DNA of 14,537 nucleotides from a bacterium (GTDB taxonomy: Bacteria > Zhuqueibacterota > Zhuqueibacteria > Zhuqueibacterales > Zhuqueibacteraceae), in NCBI GenBank assembly GCA_044869275.1, contig JBIOXB010000237.1:1-14537 (forward strand), given 5' to 3'. Each line of letters starts with the position of its first letter. The first letter of the stretch is position 1. The notes beneath the pieces were generated by a model. It did not search any database, had not been told where the DNA came from, and saw nothing but the letters and a program-made list of their open reading frames with translations. The position numbers and the translations under genes are program-made. Positions 8,606-14,537 of the stretch are shown here, piece after piece.

Positions 8606-8643
8606 AAGGGCGATTGGCAAAATGCCAATCGCCCTTTTGTTTT
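8606..8643 (+). terminator. Rho-independent terminator of gene 1
   Basis: Perfect 14-bp inverted repeat AAGGGCGATTGGCA (8606-8619) / AAA / TGCCAATCGCCCTT (8623-8636), followed by TTGTTTT. Confidence 0.9.
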
Positions 8644-8812
8644 ATGGTAACCTCGGCATTTGGTAATGGCAAGGGTTGATTCAGCCGCTCCTCTGTTGTT
8701 GTGATTGGCCAGATTTCGTGCTTGCGTTCTTGCCAATTATTTATTATCCAAAGCTATCCGGTGAAACGGGGGTGCTCGCGACGCTTCAGAGATTTTTCAA
8801 AAACAGGTTTTT

Positions 8813-8915
8813 GCACTCTTTTGACCGCGGATGCCGCGGATCAGGCGGATTTTCACGGATTTAGTGCTATCGTGGCTTTGAATTTGTCAGATTCATTTTG
8901 GCGGTCAAAACGTGC
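8813..8915. repeat. Degenerate ~100-bp inverted-repeat (REP/MITE-like) element with tandem CGGAT units
   Basis: Terminal inverted repeat TTTTGACCGC (8819-8828) / GCGGTCAAAA (8901-8910), extended by GCAC/GTGC. Four CGGAT units end at 8832, 8841, 8850 and 8860. The inner arms 8838-8851 and 8881-8894 pair 13/14 when G.U is allowed. Confidence 0.6.
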
Positions 8916-9117
8916 TTCTCTAGTAGAACGTTTGCGAAAACAACTTGCCAAATGCTGTGGGAATGCTCCTCTGCAAATTGCTCAAAAATCGGTGAGTTTT
9001 TGACTGTTCGTGCGTCTATATCATAGAGGCGACAGTTTTGCAGCAATGCCACGTAAGGCCGTGGCTTGTCCTACCGTTTTGAGATAATCAGGTGATAACC
9101 GTTCACTTTGGCTGGCA

Positions 9118-9123
9118 GGGAGG
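9118..9123 (+). promoter_or_regulatory. Ribosome-binding site for gene 2
   Basis: GGGAGG 4 nt upstream of ATG 9128. Confidence 0.75.
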
Positions 9124-9127
9124 CTTT

Positions 9128-12100
9128 ATGGCACGGCAAGTTCGGCTCGTCCCGTTTTTAATTATTCTGATTTTAGGGCTGTTTTCCAATGCCGTGTGGC
9201 CACAAGCGAGGGAAAAATATGCTCCACAACAGGTCATCGTCAAACTCAAACCCCATGCGAAGAAGAGTGCCTCCATAGCGAGCTTGACGCAAAGCCTGCA
9301 CGCGACCGTCCTCCGCAGCTTTCCGAGCATCGGCGCCGAGCTTTGGGAAATCTCTGGTGTGTCGGTGGCAGAGGCCGTGGCCCAATATCGCAACGATCCC
9401 CGTATTGAATACATCGAGCCGAACTACAAAGTACATGCAATTCGCGCCACACCTTCTGCTGTTCCAAATGACCCACGGCTAGCCGAGATGTGGGGGTTGC
9501 ACAATACCGGCCAAACCGGCGGTACGCCGGATGCCGATATCGATGCCTTGGAAGCGTGGGACATTGAGACCGGCGATAGTGTCGTGGTCGGCATCATCGA
9601 CACGGGCATCGATTGGCAGCATCAAGATTTGGCGCAAAATATCTGGACCAATCCCGGTGAGATCGCCAACAACGGAATTGATGATGACGGCAACGGGTAC
9701 GTGGATGACCTCCACGGGTGGGATTTCTACAACAATGACAATAATCCCTTTGACGGGGACGGCCACGGCACGCACGTCGCCGGCACCGTCGCGGCGGCGG
9801 GAAATAATGGCATCGGCGTAACCGGCGTGAGCTGGTCTGCCCGGCTCATGGCGCTGAAGTTTCTCAGTGACGGCGGTTCGGGAACCGATGCCGATGCGAT
9901 TCTCGCGATCGAATATGCCTCGCGCAACGGCGCTCGAGTGACCAATAATAGTTGGGGCGGCCCAGAGTTTTCGCAGGCGCTTTACGATGCCATCGCCGCC
10001 GCAGATCGCGCCGGCGTTTTATTCGTGGCCGCGGCGGGCAACGACGGCTGGGACAATGACTTCATTCCGAATTATCCCTCCAATTATGATCTGAACAACA
10101 TCATCGCGGTGGCGGCCACCAACCACTACGATCTGTTAGCGGGGTTTTCCAACTTCGGCAGAGAGTCGGTCGATCTGGGTGCGCCTGGCGAATTCATTCT
10201 CAGCACGATTCCGGGCAACCGCTACGCTACCTACAGCGGAACTTCGATGGCCACACCGCACGTGGCCGGCGGGGTGAGCTTGATATGGTCGCGCGCGCCG
10301 GGGTTGACTTACGCGCAAGTGAAAGATCTGATTCTGCGCACGGTCGATCCTTTGCCGAGCTTGCAAGGCCAAACCGTGAGCGGCGGCCGGTTGAATATTC
10401 ACCGCGCCTTGATCTTAGCCGAGCCGGACAGCATTGCGCCGGCGGGCGTGACCGATCTGGCCGTCAGCACCATCAAATCCAATTCCATCACACTAACTTG
10501 GAAGGCCAGCGGCGATGACGGCACCGCTGGCCGCGCCGCGCAATATGATTTGCGCTATGCCGCAACCCCCATTGACACCAGCAGTTTTCCTCAGGCGCGC
10601 CGCGTCGCGAATGTTCCGCCCCCGCAAGCCGCCGGCACGCAGGAGACCTTCACGGTCGAAGGATTGGATTTCAACACGAGGTATTATTTTGCCTTGAAAG
10701 TCATGGACGAGCAGGGCAATACTTCTGTTCTTTCGAATTCGCCTGCGGGCACAACGCTGGGCATTCCGGATATTACATTTGCGCCTTCGGCGATGGCGGA
10801 AACCCTGCTCACCGGCGCACCCTCAACCCGTGTATTGCGTGTTTTCAATCAAGGCGAGGGCACGCTCGATTTCGCGCTGGCGATTTCGGTAGCTTGGCTC
10901 TCTGCCACGCCAAGTGCCGGCACGGTGCCGGCCCATGACAGCGCCACAGTCACGCTCAACTTCGATGCCCTCGGCTTGAACGGCGGCACCTATCAAACAG
11001 ATCTCGTGATCAACAGCAACGACCCGGACGAGGGCGTCGTGCAAATGCCGGTTCATTTGCACGTCATCGGCGCGCCCGACATCGAAATCGCATTGCGGGC
11101 CATCGATTTCGGCGGTGTGTTGATTGGCGATACCGGCACTGTCAAATTGAATGTTTCAAATCCCGGCACGGACCTTTTGACCGTAAACAGCATTTTTACG
11201 AATTTGAGCGCGGTGACGATCTTTCCCCAAAGTTTCAATTTGGCCCCGAAAGCGTCGACGGAAGCAATTGTCCGCTTCCTGCCCACCAGTGCCGGTGTGG
11301 TGGAGGGGGCGCTGCAAATCGAAAGCAATGATCCGGACGAGCGGGTGTTGAGCGTGCCGCTGCGAGGCGAAGGGCTCGAGCCGCCGAAAATTGTGCTTTC
11401 TCCGGAGGCGCTGTCGGCGAGCTTGTTTACCGGACAAATCTCGCAGCAAATCTTCAGCATCGCCAACACTGGCCGCAGCGATTTGCGCTTCGATCTCGCC
11501 GTTGACAATGTCAAAGTACCCGCCTTTTCATTGAAAGCACGCCGCATTTCTGATGCGCAGCGCACCACGAGGGATTGGCCGGCGCAATTGCAACAAGCAG
11601 CGCAGCAGGTGATTGCTGGAGTACGATGGCAGTCCATGGCTTTGGAAAATGCAGAAGCTGCGCTGGCAGCCAATCGTGAGGCGCTTGCGCAATTCCGTAG
11701 CCAGCTTTCCGTCTACGCCGATCTGGTGAGCCGCGCCCGCACGATAGCGGCCCTGCCCGCTATCGGTGTCGCCGGCGCTTTTTCCGCGAGAATGATGTTC
11801 GATTTGCTTGAGGATCCTGACTTGGTCAGCAAATACACCTTCACCGATCTTGGCGACAATTTTGTCCTGGCCACGATTCAAAGCTTCGAGGCCCTGATCA
11901 TCAATGAAGGGGACGCCGCCCTTTCCATCACAGAAGCGCAAGCCTTGCGCAGCTACACCGCGGCGGGCAAAAATGTTTTTTTGGGGATGGACGACATGGA
12001 TGAGATTGGCACGGCGGCGCAAAGCGAAATCTTTCCATTGTTTGGAATTTCAGCAGTCGCCGACCGCAATTTTTTGTTTGGATCATTGAATCCGCAGAAT

Positions 12101-14537
12101 CCGATCACAAAAGACGTGGCGGCGATGGACAATTTCATCAACACTGACAATGATTTCTATACGCTGAATGGCGCGGATTGGGTTTTTGCCGGCGTGGAGG
12201 GAGGTTATTATGGCGTGTCACATCGGCTTCGGGGCCGCACCGTGCTTTTCGGCGAGATTTTGTCTGAAATTTGGGAAAGCGGCGTGAACAACCAAAAGCT
12301 CATAGCGAATGGCATCGATTGGTTGATTGCCGGCGGTGCAGGTTGGGTGGCGCTCGATACGACTGCCGGCGTGGTGCCGGCCGGTGAACGGCTCGAGGTG
12401 GAAGTCACTTTTAATGCCGTCGGGCTGCGTGGAGGCGATCACACCGCCGAACTCATCGTCACCAGCAACGATCCGGGCGAGAAGCGGAGCGTGGTACCGA
12501 TCCGCTTGCGTGTCACCGGTGCACCGGATATTGCCGTCGCACCGGATACACTGAATTTTGGGGGACTATTCGTGGGCGTTTCCGCCTCATTGAAGGTGGA
12601 AGTGCAGAACCTGGGCACCGAGGATTTGCTGATCACAAATGCGGCCACGAATCGGCCGGATTACACGATCTCGCCGCGTTTTGCCGGCGTCAATCCCGGG
12701 GAAAAACAGATTTTCAACGTGCGCTTTCTGCCTTCTGCGCCCGGCGATCTTTCCGGCACGCTTGCTTTTACCAGCAATGATTCCGACGAGGCGACATTCG
12801 TAGTTACATTGCTCGGCGAAGGATTGATCCCACCGGACATTGCGGTGCAGCCCGACTCTTTCTCATTCACTTTGAACGGCGGCGATAGCACCTCAGCCGT
12901 AATGGCCATCACCAACACCGGCGGCAGCCCGCTCAATTTTGCCATCCGGGATGAAGAAGCCGCCAGCGCGACGATTTCCGCCAGCCAAAGAATCTATTGG
13001 AGCAAATTCTGGTCTACGGCGCCGGATACCATGCGGCGGAGCGATCTCGACGGCGCAGAGCGCGAAAATCTCTTAAGCGTGTCGAGTGATATTGCTGGCA
13101 TGGTGATCGACGAACAGCACCTCCGGATTTATTTTGCTGATGCAGAGGAGGGCGTCATTCGCTCGAGCAATTTGGACGGCAGCGAGGTGAAGGTTTTGGT
13201 GAGTGGTCTGGCCATCCCGGCTGACGTGGCTCTGGATGTCGCGGGCGGTAAAATGTATTGGACTGATTTTGGCACTAACACCATCGGCAGAGCCAATCTG
13301 GATGGCAGTGGCGTAAGCATCATTGTGCAGGGCACGGGCAAGACCCATGTCGCTTCAGACTATTGGATGGTGTATGCACCCGCCACGCGTCAGCCCAACT
13401 TGTCACCAGAGCAAAAGGCCGCATTGCTTTCGAGCCCATGGGGTATTGCTTTGGATTTGTTGCATGGCAAAGTTTACTGGACGGAACAAAACGGCGATCG
13501 ACTTAGCCGCGCCAACCTGGATGGCAGCCAGCCGGAGACCATTATTTCATCCGGGCTGAGCGGCCCGCGCGGCATGAAACTGGATCCGGTAGCCGGCAAA
13601 ATTTATTTTGTGGACAGTTTCAATAACGCGATCAAGCGCGCCAATTTGGATGGCAGCGCAGCCGAAACCCTGCTCCAACTCAGTGACGTCAATCCTTTGG
13701 ATCTCGAGCTGGATCCGGCAACACAAGAGTTTTACTGGACGGATAACCTCTCCGATTTGATTGAAAAAGCCAATGTGGACGGAAGCAACCGGCGCGCCAT
13801 TATTACCGACCCGGCTTTTGACATCGACGGCCCGATTGGCCTCGCGTTGCTCTCCGGCAACAATTGGTTGACGGCAGCGCCCGTACAGGGTGTGATTGCG
13901 CCGGGCGCCATCGCAGAGATCGGCCTGAACGTGAAATCCCAGAGCTTGTTGGGTGGCCATCACCGCGCCGCGGTGTTCATTCAATGCAACGATCCTGACG
14001 AGGCTAGAGTGCGCGTGCCGGTACACTTGCAAGTCATCGGTGCGCCACTCATCACTTTTTCGCATGATAGTTTGGATTTTGGCGAAGTTTTTCTCGGCGT
14101 CTCGGCGCGGGATACGCTCATCATTTCCAACAGCGGCAGTGATTCATTGCAGGTCTTCAGCCTCTCCTCCAGCCATAGAGATTTTGAGGTCGCGGCGGCC
14201 GGATTCCCGCTTGCGCCGGGCAAGAAACAAATCGTGCCGATTGTGTTTTCGCCCAGCGCAGTCAGCCGCATCGATGGCGCCCTGACCATTGCCAGTAACG
14301 ATCCGAAACGCCCCCTCGCCACGGTCTTGTTGTTCGGGCAGGGTATCGTCCCGCCGGAGATTGCGGTGCAGCCGGAAACCTTGCGCGCGGATCTGAAAAC
14401 CGGAGAAACTCGCACACAAGCTTTGACGCTCTCCAACAATGGCGGCAGCCCATTGCAGTGGAAGCTGACCATCAATTTTGCCGAGAACTTGAGCGTATTG
14501 CATCACAGTCCGCTTTTCTCTTCCAACCAAAGGACAG
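9128..14537 (+). CDS. Large secreted S8 (subtilisin-like) serine peptidase with FN3, alternating Ig-like (BACON / choice-of-anchor-D / ASH-like) repeats and inserted GATase-like and YWTD beta-propeller domains; 3' partial (>1803 aa)
   Basis: Manual translation from ATG 9128 finds no stop before the window end. Signal peptide MARQVRLVPFLIILILGLFSNAVWPQ; prodomain (QVIVKLK...EAVAQYRNDPRIEYIEPNY); catalytic Asp in IIDTG (9599), His in HGTHVAG (9764), oxyanion Asn in AAGND (10040), Ser in GTSMATPHVAG (10244). Confidence 0.95.
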   Translation, partial: MARQVRLVPFLIILILGLFSNAVWPQAREKYAPQQVIVKLKPHAKKSASIASLTQSLHATVLRSFPSIGAELWEISGVSVAEAVAQYRNDPRIEYIEPNYKVHAIRATPSAVPNDPRLAEMWGLHNTGQTGGTPDADIDALEAWDIETGDSVVVGIIDTGIDWQHQDLAQNIWTNPGEIANNGIDDDGNGYVDDLHGWDFYNNDNNPFDGDGHGTHVAGTVAAAGNNGIGVTGVSWSARLMALKFLSDGGSGTDADAILAIEYASRNGARVTNNSWGGPEFSQALYDAIAAADRAGVLFVAAAGNDGWDNDFIPNYPSNYDLNNIIAVAATNHYDLLAGFSNFGRESVDLGAPGEFILSTIPGNRYATYSGTSMATPHVAGGVSLIWSRAPGLTYAQVKDLILRTVDPLPSLQGQTVSGGRLNIHRALILAEPDSIAPAGVTDLAVSTIKSNSITLTWKASGDDGTAGRAAQYDLRYAATPIDTSSFPQARRVANVPPPQAAGTQETFTVEGLDFNTRYYFALKVMDEQGNTSVLSNSPAGTTLGIPDITFAPSAMAETLLTGAPSTRVLRVFNQGEGTLDFALAISVAWLSATPSAGTVPAHDSATVTLNFDALGLNGGTYQTDLVINSNDPDEGVVQMPVHLHVIGAPDIEIALRAIDFGGVLIGDTGTVKLNVSNPGTDLLTVNSIFTNLSAVTIFPQSFNLAPKASTEAIVRFLPTSAGVVEGALQIESNDPDERVLSVPLRGEGLEPPKIVLSPEALSASLFTGQISQQIFSIANTGRSDLRFDLAVDNVKVPAFSLKARRISDAQRTTRDWPAQLQQAAQQVIAGVRWQSMALENAEAALAANREALAQFRSQLSVYADLVSRARTIAALPAIGVAGAFSARMMFDLLEDPDLVSKYTFTDLGDNFVLATIQSFEALIINEGDAALSITEAQALRSYTAAGKNVFLGMDDMDEIGTAAQSEIFPLFGISAVADRNFLFGSLNPQNPITKDVAAMDNFINTDNDFYTLNGADWVFAGVEGGYYGVSHRLRGRTVLFGEILSEIWESGVNNQKLIANGIDWLIAGGAGWVALDTTAGVVPAGERLEVEVTFNAVGLRGGDHTAELIVTSNDPGEKRSVVPIRLRVTGAPDIAVAPDTLNFGGLFVGVSASLKVEVQNLGTEDLLITNAATNRPDYTISPRFAGVNPGEKQIFNVRFLPSAPGDLSGTLAFTSNDSDEATFVVTLLGEGLIPPDIAVQPDSFSFTLNGGDSTSAVMAITNTGGSPLNFAIRDEEAASATISASQRIYWSKFWSTAPDTMRRSDLDGAERENLLSVSSDIAGMVIDEQHLRIYFADAEEGVIRSSNLDGSEVKVLVSGLAIPADVALDVAGGKMYWTDFGTNTIGRANLDGSGVSIIVQGTGKTHVASDYWMVYAPATRQPNLSPEQKAALLSSPWGIALDLLHGKVYWTEQNGDRLSRANLDGSQPETIISSGLSGPRGMKLDPVAGKIYFVDSFNNAIKRANLDGSAAETLLQLSDVNPLDLELDPATQEFYWTDNLSDLIEKANVDGSNRRAIITDPAFDIDGPIGLALLSGNNWLTAAPVQGVIAPGAIAEIGLNVKSQSLLGGHHRAAVFIQCNDPDEARVRVPVHLQVIGAPLITFSHDSLDFGEVFLGVSARDTLIISNSGSDSLQVFSLSSSHRDFEVAAAGFPLAPGKKQIVPIVFSPSAVSRIDGALTIASNDPKRPLATVLLFGQGIVPPEIAVQPETLRADLKTGETRTQALTLSNNGGSPLQWKLTINFAENLSVLHHSPLFSSNQRT
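10427..10756 (+). other. FN3 domain in gene 2
   Basis: DSIAPAGVTDL......SITLTWKASGDDG..G.A.QYDLRY...GL...TRYYFALKV.DE.GN.S..SN. Confidence 0.85.
10766..14537 (+). repeat. Alternating A/B Ig-like scaffold: A1 10766-11071, B1 11072-11380, A2 11381-12520 (split), B2 12521-12829, A3 12830-14041 (split), B3 14042-14350, A4 14351->end
   Basis: A units: P.I...P..l...l..G......l.I.N.G...L.(F/W) ... W....p..G.v.......v.F.a.GL.GG.....l.I.SNDP.E....vPv.L.V.G. B units: AP.I......lDFG.v.vG......l.v.N.G...L......P......v.F.P...G...G.L.i.SND.......v.L.G.G. Confidence 0.85.
12989..13855 (+). other. Six-bladed YWTD (LDL-receptor class B / LY repeat) beta-propeller
   Basis: Six motifs IYWSK (12992), IYFAD (13127), MYWTD (13253), VYWTE (13472), IYFVD (13601), FYWTD (13730), each followed by a (R/K)(A/S)(N/D)(L/V)DG-type motif. 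Most are preceded by P.gla.D. A closing PIGLAL strand follows the last repeat. Confidence 0.9.

Noticed and set aside
8745..8790. CAAAGCTATCCGG resembling part of a c-di-GMP-I riboswitch
   Set aside because: The upstream GGCAAAC/GAAA-tetraloop stem and the GGGACGCAAAGC junction are absent.
8825..8860. CGGAT repeats as a CRISPR array or iterons
   Set aside because: The units are 9-10 nt with no spacers, and there are no cas or rep genes in the window.
9000..9024. TTGACT ... TATCAT as a sigma70 promoter for gene 2
   Set aside because: The spacer is only 13 nt.
8676..9052. Small ORFs in the intergenic region (8676-8864, 8701-9003, 8867-9052)
   Set aside because: Non-ATG or RBS-less starts, atypical composition, overlap with the inverted-repeat element, and no GxxExxY or other recognisable motif.
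14066..14149. Cluster of D-[S/T]-[A/I/L/V/M/T] Bacteroidota-type O-glycosylation sequons (DSL, DTL, DSL)
   Set aside because: I counted about ten per protein by eye, roughly what amino-acid composition alone would give, so no enrichment can be claimed.

Overview
This GC-rich bacterial window holds two very large, co-oriented (+) genes for secreted modular proteins, separated by a ~580-bp intergenic region. Gene 1 (241..8550, 2769 aa) encodes a signal peptide, an SGNH/GDSL esterase domain, two homologous beta-sandwich domains flanking an FN3, 13 intimin/invasin-type (Big_1-like) Ig repeats, further Ig domains and a C-terminal T9SS type-A/FlgD-like sorting domain. It is followed by a double hairpin/intrinsic terminator. 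Gene 2 (9128..>14537) is missing from the supplied ORF track because it runs off the window; I translated it by hand. It encodes a signal peptide, a prodomain, an intact S8 subtilase, an FN3 and an alternating A/B Ig scaffold with SNDPDE motifs. The most striking pattern is shared by both proteins: whole folded 'cargo' domains are inserted at one fixed loop of a repeated Ig domain. In gene 1 these are two carbohydrate-binding-like domains. In gene 2 they are a GATase-like alpha/beta domain, a six-bladed YWTD (LDL-receptor-type) propeller and the start of a third insert. The non-coding DNA contains a decayed ~100-bp inverted-repeat element built of CGGAT units and a minus-strand hairpin downstream of a perfect TTGACA. 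The C-terminal domain style suggests an FCB-related lineage such as KSB1/Calditrichota/Ignavibacteria (inference). All domain calls are by motif recognition, not database searches.
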